Origin: Candidatus Kaiserbacteria bacterium
GTDB lineage: Bacteria; Patescibacteriota; Minisyncoccia; Phycocordibacterales; UBA2100
Assembly (NCBI GenBank): GCA_016186695.1
Contig: JACPLC010000005.1
Location: 64,852-128,851, forward strand
Length of the DNA stretch: 64,000 bases
Direction of reading: 5' to 3'
Shown: positions 28,101 to 37,033 of the stretch, in pieces
Numbering within the stretch: position 1 is the first letter of the stretch
How the letters are laid out: each line of letters opens with the position of its first letter
Translations under genes and position numbers: made by a program
The notes under the pieces: generated by a model
The model's database searches: none
Seen by the model: only the letters and a program-made list of their open reading frames with translations
Told to the model about the DNA's origin: nothing

Positions 28101-31100
28101 AATTTGAAAAACGAGCGGTAGTTCTCAGTAAGAGCTGGAAGTGGAATCTCGACTTTTTCCTTCGGAAGTTCGATTGAAACTGACCATGCTTGCACGACTT
28201 CCCCTATCAGTGTCAAGGTGACACCTTGACATGCCTTCTCAAATTCATTTTGTGCACTGCGGCGCACCGAGAGAAGAATACGGCCCTGACTTTCTGAAAA
28301 GAGAATCGAGTCGGCGCGGCGGGCTTTGCCAGGAATGTTTGTGAGGTCGACATCAGCTCCGAGCTGTCCTGCGATCGAAGACTTTGCGAGCGCAACGGCA
28401 AGCCCGCCGCGGCCAACACCGAGCGCGGAAGCAATGAGACCTTTCTGAATCGCGTGAGAAACCGCATCGTATGCTTTCGCGTTCTTTTTCGCATCAACGA
28501 CCGGCACTTGTGGCAAGGTAAGACCTTGCCATTTCGCGTACTCGGAGCATCCCAACTCGTCGTTCGTTTCGCCGATGAGATAGACAAGATCCCCCACTCG
28601 TTTGAAATCGATGGTCATCGCTTTCGCGACATCGGGAATGACACCAATTGCCGAGATTAGGATCGTCGGAAGTGCGGCAATGTGTACTGGCTTTCCTTTC
28701 GCATCAAAGCCGCGGAAGTCGTTGAACATCGAGTCTTTGCCAGAGATAAAAGGTGTGCCGTATGCGGTTGCTACGTCATAACAGGCTTTCGCCGCCTGTT
28801 TCAATTCATACAAGCGCTCCGGCTTCTCGGAGGAAGACCAGCAGAAATTGTCGAGAATCGCGAGATAATCGCGCGAGGCGCCCGCGCAAATTGCATTGCG
28901 CACCGCGGTATCAATCGCCGCTGATGCCATCGCGTAGGTATCAATCTCGGAGTACCACGGCGCATAGCCTTGCGCGAGAACAATTCCACGCTCCGAATCA
29001 AAAAGTGGTTTAATCACAGCTGCATCGGCATTCACGCGCCCCTTCCCTTGCAGGGGCTTTGTCGCCGAATTTCCCTGCACCTCGTGGTCGTACTGCTGGG
29101 AAATAAATGAAATACTTCCGATGCTCGGACGTGAAAGTACATCGAGTATCGCTTTTTTCAGATCCATATTCTTTTTCTCCTCTTTATTCTTCCTTCCTAC
29201 TTCTTTCTTCTTACTTCTCTGAATTTGTACCGGACGTCCTTCATGTAGAAAATCCAGCGTCAGGTCCATCACTGTTTTCTTTACCCCGAGCGAGGTCGAG
29301 GGGCCGCCATAACGCACTACGACACGATCAGTATTTGTAAATTCCCCTATTCGCGTAGCTTCCACGTCGTGCCTGTCCATAATCTTTTTGAACGCCGCCC
29401 ACTTGCGCTTAGGCACAGCAAGCGTCATCCGCTCCTGCGATTCCGAAAGCCAAATCTGCCACGGTGAAAGTCCTGCGTATTTGAGCGGCACTTTTTCGAG
29501 ATCGACGATGCAGCCGCCGCTCTCGCGCGACATTTCCCCTACGGCTCCAGAAAGACCGCCTGCGCCGTTGTCGGTGATGGAGCTGTAAAGTCCGGCATCA
29601 CGCGCCTCGCGAATGAGCGCATCGGAGAGTTTCTTCTGCGTAATCGGATCGCCTATCTGCACGGCTGTCGCCGGAGAACCTTTTGAGAGCGCTTCCGATG
29701 AGAATGTCGCTCCGTGAATGCCGTCGAGTCCCACGCGCCCGCCTATCATCACGATGTAATCCCCCGCTTTCGCTCGTTTAAGGTCCGACCTTTGGGCGCT
29801 CTTAAGGTCGGACCTTGGTATGCGGCGGGGAATAAGACCGACCGTGCCGCCAAATACGAGCGGTTTGCCGCGATAGCTTGGATCGACAGCCACAAATCCC
29901 AGCGGCGTCGGTATCCCGCTCTGATTTCCTCCTTCGTTAATGCCCTGCACAACGCCTTCAAGAATGCGGCGCGCGGGCAAAAGCGGTTGGTTCTTTTCGC
30001 GATCGCGATAAAGCTCGCGCGCATCGTGCGGATCAGCGACGCAGAAACCGTATGTATTCGCAATGGGTTTCGCTCCCAAACCAAAACCAAGCGCATCACG
30101 GTTCACGCCGACGATAGCCGTGACCGAACCGCCAAAGGGATCGAGTGCCGAGGGTGCGTTGTGCGTTTCGACCTTGTGCGTAATGAGATACTTGTTGTCG
30201 AACGCGATCGCGCCCGAGTTGTCTTTAAACACGGAGACACAAAAATCTCCGACTTTTGTTTTATTCTTTCTTCTTTCTTCTTTCTTCTTCCTTCTGATCT
30301 CCTCTGTCGCACCTTTTATGTAGCGGTGGTAAATCCCCTCTTTCACTTCATCCAAAGGGTCGGCGAAAATCGTATGTTTGCAGTGCTCCGACCACGTTTG
30401 AGCCAGCGCTTCGAGCTCGACGTCGGTCGGGTTGCGCTTCTGCGTTCGAAAATGAGCGCGAATAACTTTCATTGCCCCGAGAGAAAGTGCGAGGGGCCCG
30501 CGCCTGCCCGCCGAAGCCTTGGCGGAGGCGGGACCGAGAATTCCCTCTCTGCTTATCTTCATCAATTCCGCGTCACTCACTTCCAAATTCACTGTGTCAG
30601 CCCTCGACGACTCGTGGAGCTTCACCTTCGGCACGACGACCGGAAATTTCCGGCCCGCCTCTGAAATGCTTGCACGCTCGACGAGCGGATTGTGCAGCTC
30701 GCGCACGAATTGTTCTACTTCGCTCTTTGATACATCGCCGGTGAAAAAAATAAAGCGGGATGAATAGACCGCCTCGCCGTCCCGAAACTTCCTTCCAATC
30801 GTATCTTCGATCGTTTCCTGCACCGTCGTCCCGAGATTGTCTGTCACTCCCGGCAGGTAGCCGATCTCTATCGCGTACGTGTAGTTTTTAGGCGCAAGAA
30901 CACTGTCCGTCGAAAATCTCTCTGTGATGGGGTTCGTAAGGCGCTCCGCTGCCCTCTGCAGTTCGCCCTGATCCAGTTTCGCGTCAACGGTATACGCGGC
31001 AGTCGTCGCGACAGCCGAAAGCCGGGTCTCGGGAAAGAGGCTTTTGAGCGTACGGAGGAGTTTCTGGGCGCGCGCGTCCTCTACCTTTGAGGAAATCGCG

Positions 31101-31132
31101 ATACGAGCCGTCATACCCCACCATACTAGCAT
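28094..31132 (-). CDS. purL: Phosphoribosylformylglycinamidine synthase PurL with a fused PurS-like N-terminal domain (1012 aa) and Lys/Glu-rich in-frame insertions.
   Basis: PurM-like AIRS domains throughout (HNAPSALDPFGGSVT, GRVGLDGIHGATFSS). The N-terminal 200 aa contain PurS-like EIGYLPGVTDNLGTTVQETIED. Confidence 0.9.
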   Translation of the reverse strand: MLVWWGMTARIAISSKVEDARAQKLLRTLKSLFPETRLSAVATTAAYTVDAKLDQGELQRAAERLTNPITERFSTDSVLAPKNYTYAIEIGYLPGVTDNLGTTVQETIEDTIGRKFRDGEAVYSSRFIFFTGDVSKSEVEQFVRELHNPLVERASISEAGRKFPVVVPKVKLHESSRADTVNLEVSDAELMKISREGILGPASAKASAGRRGPLALSLGAMKVIRAHFRTQKRNPTDVELEALAQTWSEHCKHTIFADPLDEVKEGIYHRYIKGATEEIRRKKKEERRKNKTKVGDFCVSVFKDNSGAIAFDNKYLITHKVETHNAPSALDPFGGSVTAIVGVNRDALGFGLGAKPIANTYGFCVADPHDARELYRDREKNQPLLPARRILEGVVQGINEGGNQSGIPTPLGFVAVDPSYRGKPLVFGGTVGLIPRRIPRSDLKSAQRSDLKRAKAGDYIVMIGGRVGLDGIHGATFSSEALSKGSPATAVQIGDPITQKKLSDALIREARDAGLYSSITDNGAGGLSGAVGEMSRESGGCIVDLEKVPLKYAGLSPWQIWLSESQERMTLAVPKRKWAAFKKIMDRHDVEATRIGEFTNTDRVVVRYGGPSTSLGVKKTVMDLTLDFLHEGRPVQIQRSKKKEVGRKNKEEKKNMDLKKAILDVLSRPSIGSISFISQQYDHEVQGNSATKPLQGKGRVNADAAVIKPLFDSERGIVLAQGYAPWYSEIDTYAMASAAIDTAVRNAICAGASRDYLAILDNFCWSSSEKPERLYELKQAAKACYDVATAYGTPFISGKDSMFNDFRGFDAKGKPVHIAALPTILISAIGVIPDVAKAMTIDFKRVGDLVYLIGETNDELGCSEYAKWQGLTLPQVPVVDAKKNAKAYDAVSHAIQKGLIASALGVGRGGLAVALAKSSIAGQLGADVDLTNIPGKARRADSILFSESQGRILLSVRRSAQNEFEKACQGVTLTLIGEVVQAWSVSIELPKEKVEIPLPALTENYRSFFKLW

Positions 31133-31158
31133 CGGGGCTAATAATCAAGTACCGTGAC

Positions 31159-32169
31159 ATGATGGCGAGACAGCAAAAAGAAAGCCTGCTTTTGCCCCAG
31201 CTGCTCAAAAAAATTGCGCCTACCATCGGCGCCCGAGTATATATCGAGCCGGAATGGGGCATCGCCGGCCAGATCACCTTTCGCGACGGGAAAAAGCGCT
31301 ACTTCCGGTACAACACACTCGACCTCAATCCCGTCGGCTCCTCCGATATCGCGAAGGACAAAGACTACGCGAATGTCTTTATGAAGCGCATGGGCTACCG
31401 CACTGTGCCCGGCAAAGCGTTCTACTCGAACGAGTGGTGCAAGCAGATAGGCTCAAAACGAGATATTCGTGCTGCGTACCGCTACGCGCGGAAACTCGGA
31501 CTTCCCGTCGTCGTGAAGCCCAACGAAGGGAGTCATGGCACGGGCGTATTTCTTGTGCGCAACAAACGGGAGTTTATGCCTGCAATGCGCCACATATTCA
31601 AAGAAGATCGGGTCGCCTTGGTACAGCGCGTCGTGCGTGGCAAAGATTACCGAATCGTCGTTCTCGACAGCTCTGTGATTTCTGCATATGAGCGCATTCC
31701 CCTCTCCGTGGTCGGCGATGGCTCTTCGAGTATCAAGCAGCTTTTGAAAAAGAAACAAAAGCGGTTCCGCGCGGGCGGCCGCGACACGCGCATCCGCCTC
31801 GATGACATCCGTATCTCCCACAAACTCGGGATGCAAAAACTCGCGCTCCGCTCCGTGCCCGAGCGCGGCAAACGGATTTACCTTCTCGACAACGCAAACC
31901 TCTCCTCTGGCGGCGACGCGGTGGATGTGACGAAACCAATTCATCCCGAATTTAAAAAACTCGCGGTCAAACTCACGCGCGACATGGGCCTTCGCCTCTC
32001 CGGTGTCGATCTCATGGTCGCGGGCGACATCCGAAACGCACCAAAAAAATACTGGGTGCTGGAAATAAACGCTGCTCCCGGCCTCGACCACTACGTCCAA
32101 ACCGGCCTCGCCCAACAAAAAATTGTTGAAAATCTCTACCTCAAGGTTCTTCGATCAATGGCCAAATAG
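31159..32169 (+). CDS. ATP-grasp enzyme (RimK / cyanophycin-synthetase-like ligase).
   Basis: GLPVVVKPNEGSHGTGVFLV...RIVVLD...YWVLEINAAPGL. Runs divergent from purL. Confidence 0.5.
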   Translation: MMARQQKESLLLPQLLKKIAPTIGARVYIEPEWGIAGQITFRDGKKRYFRYNTLDLNPVGSSDIAKDKDYANVFMKRMGYRTVPGKAFYSNEWCKQIGSKRDIRAAYRYARKLGLPVVVKPNEGSHGTGVFLVRNKREFMPAMRHIFKEDRVALVQRVVRGKDYRIVVLDSSVISAYERIPLSVVGDGSSSIKQLLKKKQKRFRAGGRDTRIRLDDIRISHKLGMQKLALRSVPERGKRIYLLDNANLSSGGDAVDVTKPIHPEFKKLAVKLTRDMGLRLSGVDLMVAGDIRNAPKKYWVLEINAAPGLDHYVQTGLAQQKIVENLYLKVLRSMAK

Positions 32170-32324
32170 CGCCACAAATTGACAACCCCTGCCAATCGTG
32201 GTTGTCTATACGCTAGTGCCGTTCACCTATCTTTCGGCTCTTAAAAGTGGGACTCAAACTGCAGGCAACACCTGCAGAATCGCAACCGCTCTGGCAGCAG
32301 GGCACATTCAAGGGAAGAAACCCA

Positions 32325-33554
32325 ATGAACCTCGCGAGTAACTCAAACGCGCGTGCCGCCGCTCCACTGTCGATTGTCTGGGGTGCTCGCACCCCGGCGG
32401 AACGTGGACCAATCATTGCGACGTTGCGCAACCCAGCGCAACGCAACGCTATCGGCATGCATGCCGGTGGCTATTCGATCTATCGCGGTCTCGCGGTCGC
32501 GATGGGCGCCTTGCCAAGCAATCACGTGCCGGATCTTACCAATACGGCACCATCTGACCGGCTTGGCCCCCACCCGCAGTGGATGCGCGAGGATACCATC
32601 GTATCGCTCGATCCATGGGGTCATATGGTAGGCGAGGTGTTCGCTGACCATCTCGCGCGCGACTGTGCCATCTTCCCGACGATCGCAGCCGCGCGTGCGC
32701 ACATTGACGTTCCCGAGATCCGAGCTGCAATCGCAGCAGGCCAGTTCAGGTGCGACGGCGAGATCGTTGCGCCGACGGGTAGCGTTCGCGTGATGAAGGC
32801 AGCGATTGATCCCGTGTGGTACCTACCCGGTATCGCACAGCGACTCGGCCTGACCGAAACAGCGCTCCGTGAAAGTATCTACGAGCAGAGCGGCGGGATG
32901 TACAGCGAATTGGTAGAACGTCCCGACCTCAAGGTCTTTCTTCCGCCCATCGGCGGCACGTCGGTCTATGTGTTTGGGGACCCCGCAAAGCTCAGCGATC
33001 GCACGACACCGCTAGCGTGTCGCGTCCACGACGAGTGCAACGGATCGGACGTCTTTGGATCTGATATCTGCACCTGTCGGCCGTATCTTGCCCACGGGAT
33101 TAAGGTCTGCGTCCAGATGGCACAGATGGGCGGCGTCGGCCTGATCGTCTACAATCGCAAAGAAGGTCGTGCGCTCGGCGAGGTCATCAAACTCCTTGTC
33201 TACAACGCGCGTAAGCGGCAGACCGGCGGCGATACCGCCGACAACTACTTCTTGCGAACGGAGTGCATAGCCGGCGTGCGTGACATGCGCTTGCAGATGC
33301 TCATGCCAGATGTGCTGCATTGGCTGGGTGTCTCGAAGATCCATCAGTTCGTCAGCATGAGCAACGACAAGCGTGACGCGATCCTGAAAAGCGGTATTGA
33401 GATCGGGGAGCAAGTCTGCCTCCCCGACGAACTCGTGCCGAGCGACGCTCAAGTCGAGCTTGCCGCCAAGATCGCGGCTGGCTATTTCACGCCCCCGACT
33501 GTTTCGGCGCGTGATCGACTCGAGATCGTGAAAGGTCGCGACGAGCGAGCGTGA
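32325..33554 (+). CDS. GTP cyclohydrolase II (RibA)-like domain fused to an uncharacterised 250-aa N-terminal domain.
   Basis: The C-terminal domain has the zinc triad and RibA core (LACRVHDECNGSDVFGSDICTCRPY...GGVGLIVYNRKEGRALGEV). The N-domain has no match I can name. Confidence 0.55.
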   Translation: MNLASNSNARAAAPLSIVWGARTPAERGPIIATLRNPAQRNAIGMHAGGYSIYRGLAVAMGALPSNHVPDLTNTAPSDRLGPHPQWMREDTIVSLDPWGHMVGEVFADHLARDCAIFPTIAAARAHIDVPEIRAAIAAGQFRCDGEIVAPTGSVRVMKAAIDPVWYLPGIAQRLGLTETALRESIYEQSGGMYSELVERPDLKVFLPPIGGTSVYVFGDPAKLSDRTTPLACRVHDECNGSDVFGSDICTCRPYLAHGIKVCVQMAQMGGVGLIVYNRKEGRALGEVIKLLVYNARKRQTGGDTADNYFLRTECIAGVRDMRLQMLMPDVLHWLGVSKIHQFVSMSNDKRDAILKSGIEIGEQVCLPDELVPSDAQVELAAKIAAGYFTPPTVSARDRLEIVKGRDERA

Positions 33555-33584
33555 CAGGTTCAATCCTGCACCTCGCAAACAAAA

Positions 33585-33617
33585 GCCCTCGGCGCTGAGC
33601 CGGGGGCACTTTTTTAT
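33585..33617 (+). terminator. Rho-independent terminator.
   Basis: GCCCTCGGC-GCTGA-GCCGGGGGC followed by ACTTTTTTAT. Confidence 0.6.
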
Positions 33618-33626
33618 ACCAAATAT

Positions 33627-33655
33627 TTGACAATCCCACGAATCGTGATTATATT
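33627..33655 (+). promoter_or_regulatory. Sigma70-like promoter. Its spacer contains a near-palindrome (CACGAATCGTG).
   Basis: TTGACA, a 17-nt spacer, then TATATT. SD AAGGGAGGA precedes ATG 33718. Confidence 0.5.
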
Positions 33656-33717
33656 TTTCGAAGTGCGATGCTTGAAACATCGCCGAAAAGAGAGTCACAA
33701 ACAAGGGAGGATGGCCC

Positions 33718-34497
33718 ATGAGGCCCCCATCATATGTCGGGATCACGGGATATGAGGCCGCGGCACAAGTCGCTGCGGTGCGAAATTCTGTGTCTGCCGA
33801 TCGTCTGCTGATGGTCGGCTGTGGCATGCGGGGACACCCGATCCACTGGGCCCCGGACAAGTGGCCCAACCGATGCCCGCATCCAGACCAGCTACCGGCT
33901 ATCTTCGGATCACTGCCTAATGTGCTCAACATATTGCACTTCACTCTTTTGGAGGGATGCGACTTGTATGAACACATGTGCATGGCACACAAGGTTGCCG
34001 GACTGAACTTCCACGGCTTCCAACTCAATACGCCGTGGCCGGATGTTGATTCTCTGGTCCGGTATAAATCCCGGTTCCAGGGTGCAGTCATCACGATACC
34101 GCTTCAACGAGAGGCACTGGACATCGTCGACTGGGATCCCAAGGGGATCGCGCGAAAGCTCAAAGGGTATGAGGATGTCGCCGATTACGCCTTGATCGAC
34201 CCAAGTGCGGGCTACGGCCAAGAACTTGATGTGCGGTTTACGCGTAGTTGCTTCGACGCGATCTTTGCGCTCATGCCGAACGTCGGCCTCGTTGCCGCGG
34301 GCGGCTTGTTTGCCGACAACGTTGAAGAGAAGCTCGAGGATCTCCTCAAGGAGTTTCCTCTTGGTACGGACGCGGAAGGAAAACTCCGCACATCGGACGA
34401 TCACCTCGGCGTAGCGGAGGCAATCCGGTACGTTCAAACTACCGATGCGCTTCTTCGGAAGTATGAAGCAAAACGCAATCCACAACTGCTCAAATGA
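33718..34497 (+). CDS. TrpF-like (phosphoribosylanthranilate-isomerase-fold, ribulose-phosphate-binding barrel) protein.
   Basis: YALIDPSAGYGQELD resembles TrpF FLLDSFSGGTGKTFDW. NVGLVAAGGLFADNVEEKL...LGTDAEGKL resembles TrpF VILAGGLNPENV...GVDVSSGVE. The assignment is tentative. Confidence 0.4.
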   Translation: MRPPSYVGITGYEAAAQVAAVRNSVSADRLLMVGCGMRGHPIHWAPDKWPNRCPHPDQLPAIFGSLPNVLNILHFTLLEGCDLYEHMCMAHKVAGLNFHGFQLNTPWPDVDSLVRYKSRFQGAVITIPLQREALDIVDWDPKGIARKLKGYEDVADYALIDPSAGYGQELDVRFTRSCFDAIFALMPNVGLVAAGGLFADNVEEKLEDLLKEFPLGTDAEGKLRTSDDHLGVAEAIRYVQTTDALLRKYEAKRNPQLLK

Positions 34498-34515
34498 AAT
34501 GACGGAGGAGTACCA

Positions 34516-35103
34516 ATGGCAATCAAGAGCACGATGCAACTGGAAACTTCGTTCGGGGTCTTCCAGACTTCCTACCACGATATCAATGGCAAGATGATCG
34601 TGTCGTTTGCGTGCAACGACGTAATGTCGCAAATACCGCTTGTGCGCATGCACTCCGGCTGCATCTTTGGCGACGTGTTTCATTCGCTGCACTGCGACTG
34701 CGGTCAGCAGAAAGACGCAGCCATGCGAGCGATCAAACGGCATGGCCGCGGGGTCTTCCTGTACTCGCCCTTCCAAGAAGGTCGGGGACACGGCCTCGAG
34801 GTCAAGATCCGCGAGATGGCTATCCAGCGCGAGAAGGGTCTGGACACCATCGAGGCGTTCAGGTCCATCGGACTGGAGCCCGACATCCGAACGTACGAGA
34901 GGGAGGTCGCGGTTCTCAAAGAGCTCGGCGTTCCAAGGGCGATCATCCACTTCAGTGGCAACCCCCACAAAAGGGCGGCGCTGGAGGCGGAGGGCTTCGT
35001 TGTTGAACAGATCGAATGGTGCGAACCGCTCGGTGAGCTCGCGGCGGCGGAGCGCGGCCTGAAGAAATCAAGGCTGAACTACGCCTACCGCGACGAGCAA
35101 TAA
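34516..35103 (+). CDS. ribA: GTP cyclohydrolase II.
   Basis: VRMHSGCIFGDVFHSLHCDCGQQ...GVFLYSPFQEGRGHGLEVKI, a close match to the RibA core. Confidence 0.8.
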   Translation: MAIKSTMQLETSFGVFQTSYHDINGKMIVSFACNDVMSQIPLVRMHSGCIFGDVFHSLHCDCGQQKDAAMRAIKRHGRGVFLYSPFQEGRGHGLEVKIREMAIQREKGLDTIEAFRSIGLEPDIRTYEREVAVLKELGVPRAIIHFSGNPHKRAALEAEGFVVEQIEWCEPLGELAAAERGLKKSRLNYAYRDEQ

Positions 35104-35114
35104 GGAGCGGTTCG

Positions 35115-35699
35115 ATGGTCAGACTTCATCGGATACATCGCTCCCCCATGTTCGCGTCGGCGAGCTTGGACGACATTTGGAAGAGAACGAGGCGTTCACT
35201 TGGGCGCATCGCTCACGACCAGCGGCGGTTCGCCGTTTCTCCGCGGCCCGATAATCCGTTCGACGTCGGCGCCGGGATGGCGTTGCTAACTCCAAAGCGC
35301 GAGCTGATGTGTATCGGCACGAGCAACTACAAGCAGGCGGTCGGACCACGAAAACACAAGTGTCCCGACCACTGTGCGGAGATGTATGGCATCGCCACCG
35401 CACGAAAAATGAAATGCAAGATCATCGGCATGGTGATCGAAGCGCCTCCGCAGCCGGATGACTACAGCGGCTTCTTCAAGCATGAGGTAACCGTGTCCTG
35501 CGTGTTCTGCCGGCATGAGTACCGGTTGGAACTGAAGGATCCGGACAGTCCTCTCATGCCGGAGACATGGTTGCGGTTCAACCATCCGACGAACCGGAAA
35601 AAGTTCTTCGAGAAGCAGGTGGCGGCGTTTCTCGCGCTGTTCCCGAACGACCCGAATGAACTCAACCCAATGCACCTTGCTAACCGGGGCGGCCCATGA
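35115..35699 (+). CDS. Cys-rich hypothetical protein, possibly a zinc-binding protein; in an operon with the TrpF-like gene and ribA.
   Basis: RBS AAGGAG; contains CPDHC...CVFCRHEY. Confidence 0.4.
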   Translation: MVRLHRIHRSPMFASASLDDIWKRTRRSLGRIAHDQRRFAVSPRPDNPFDVGAGMALLTPKRELMCIGTSNYKQAVGPRKHKCPDHCAEMYGIATARKMKCKIIGMVIEAPPQPDDYSGFFKHEVTVSCVFCRHEYRLELKDPDSPLMPETWLRFNHPTNRKKFFEKQVAAFLALFPNDPNELNPMHLANRGGP

Positions 35700-35719
35700 C
35701 TGGACCGCCCCACAACTTT

Positions 35720-36229
35720 TTAATGTTCGCGCACTAGATCTACGTATTTGTATTTGATGCCGTTCCATTCGTGTTCTTCTTCGAAGACTTTTTTGGTGAA
35801 CTCCTTTTCATATGGCGGGAAAAAGGTGTCGGCTTCGCCTTCTGCGTCGATGAGTGTGAGGTAGAGCTTGTCGATTTGCGGAAGCGCTTCTTTGTAAATC
35901 TCCGCTCCCCCGCCGATGTGTATCTCATCGCCCCCCGGCGCATCTTTTGCTTTCTCCAAAGCCTCATCGAGCGAGTGCGCGACGATAACGCCCTCGTACG
36001 TCCAGTTAGGGTCGCGGGTAATGACGATGTTTGTCCTATCCGGCAGGGGCGAGCCGCGGTAGCCCACAATGGATTCAAATGTTTTCCGCCCCATGATGAG
36101 CGGGTGCCCGCGCGTGAGGTCGCGGAAACGCTGAACGTCGGCCGGAATTTTCCAAAGAAGCTTATTATCTTTACCGAGCTCCCTATTGCGCCCTATGGCG
36201 ACGACCGCCGCAACTATTGGTTCCTTCAT
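35720..36229 (-). CDS. folA: Dihydrofolate reductase.
   Basis: IVAAVVAIGRNRELGKDNKLLWKIPADVQRFRDLTRGHPLIMGRKTFESI...LPDRTNIVITR. Confidence 0.8.
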   Translation of the reverse strand: MKEPIVAAVVAIGRNRELGKDNKLLWKIPADVQRFRDLTRGHPLIMGRKTFESIVGYRGSPLPDRTNIVITRDPNWTYEGVIVAHSLDEALEKAKDAPGGDEIHIGGGAEIYKEALPQIDKLYLTLIDAEGEADTFFPPYEKEFTKKVFEEEHEWNGIKYKYVDLVREH

Positions 36230-36258
36230 GCTTCTGATATTACCATTTCTGCTTTCAT

Positions 36259-36283
36259 CACGATGAGGTGTCACCTCATCGTT
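36259..36283. repeat. REP-like palindromic hairpin (left copy), overlapping the RAYT stop codon.
   Basis: CACGATGAGGTG-T-CACCTCATCGT(T); 11-12-bp stem. Confidence 0.7.
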
Positions 36284-36959
36284 AACGCTCGAAACGATCG
36301 GTTCTTACCTCTTCGTAGTAAGATCGCGCATCGGCAAGCATGCGAGAAAGAGGAATCTGATCGGCAATTTCAAAACCCTCTTTCGAGAGAACGGGATGTT
36401 TCGGTTGTTTATTTTCGTAGCTGGCAAGGCTGGAATAAGGATACTGCGCGAGCTTTTCGTGCAGCGACCTCATATTTTTTACAACTCCCTGCTTCCATCC
36501 AGGCTCATACAATTCTGCCGGGTTGAGGTGAATGTATTGGATCACGTGCTGAAAGTACCGGTCAGTCGCAATATGCCGCGACCGAAACGGCCTCAAAAAA
36601 ACGTTGCCTACCCGTTTGTTCCTTGCATTGAAATACATCGCATATGCTGTTCCCACTTTTTTCAGAAACGACGAAATGCCGCCAACTGTGTGTTCTTTCA
36701 GTAGCAAATGGAAATGGTTTGGCATTAAACAAAACGCACCAATCGACACGATTGCTTGTCCGCGTTCTACCAGAAATGATTTTTCCACCCGCGGCTTGTA
36801 TGTATTAAAAAGACCTATCGGCTTGGTCCCATTTGCAAGATAAAGGAGCATTATAAAACGATTCGCATCGTACTCATTCTCGAAAACCTTTCGTTTTTCA
36901 ACGCCTCGATTAAAACAGTGATACCACTCGCCAATTTCAAAAGGTGGACGATTGGCCAT
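36282..36959 (-). mobile_element. IS200/IS605-family Y1 (HUH) transposase of the REP-associated (RAYT) type.
   Basis: HUH motif MPNHFHLLL, a downstream catalytic Tyr region, 225 aa, and flanking identical palindromes. Confidence 0.75.
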
Positions 36960-36973
36960 GTGAGCAAGTATAT

Positions 36974-36998
36974 CACGATGAGGTGTCACCTCATCGTG
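36974..36998. repeat. REP-like palindromic hairpin (right copy), 15 nt upstream of the RAYT start.
   Basis: CACGATGAGGTG-T-CACCTCATCGTG; perfect 12-bp stem. Confidence 0.7.
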
Positions 36999-37033
36999 AG
37001 GGACCGCGAGGAAGCGATTACAATTACCAACAT

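Noticed and set aside
32170-32324. Possible THF or ZTP riboswitch upstream of the RibA-like gene. Two hairpins are present (GACAACC...GGTTGTC and CTGCAGG-CAACA-CCTGCAG).
   Set aside because: I could not match either riboswitch consensus from memory. It is left as an unclassified structured leader; an Rfam scan is needed.
36944-37033. Track start of the CYTH-domain gene at 36944 (MDDWPCEQVYHDEVSPH...).
   Set aside because: The extension is a translation of the right REP palindrome and the RAYT start region. The ExExK signature begins right after the ATG at 37034.
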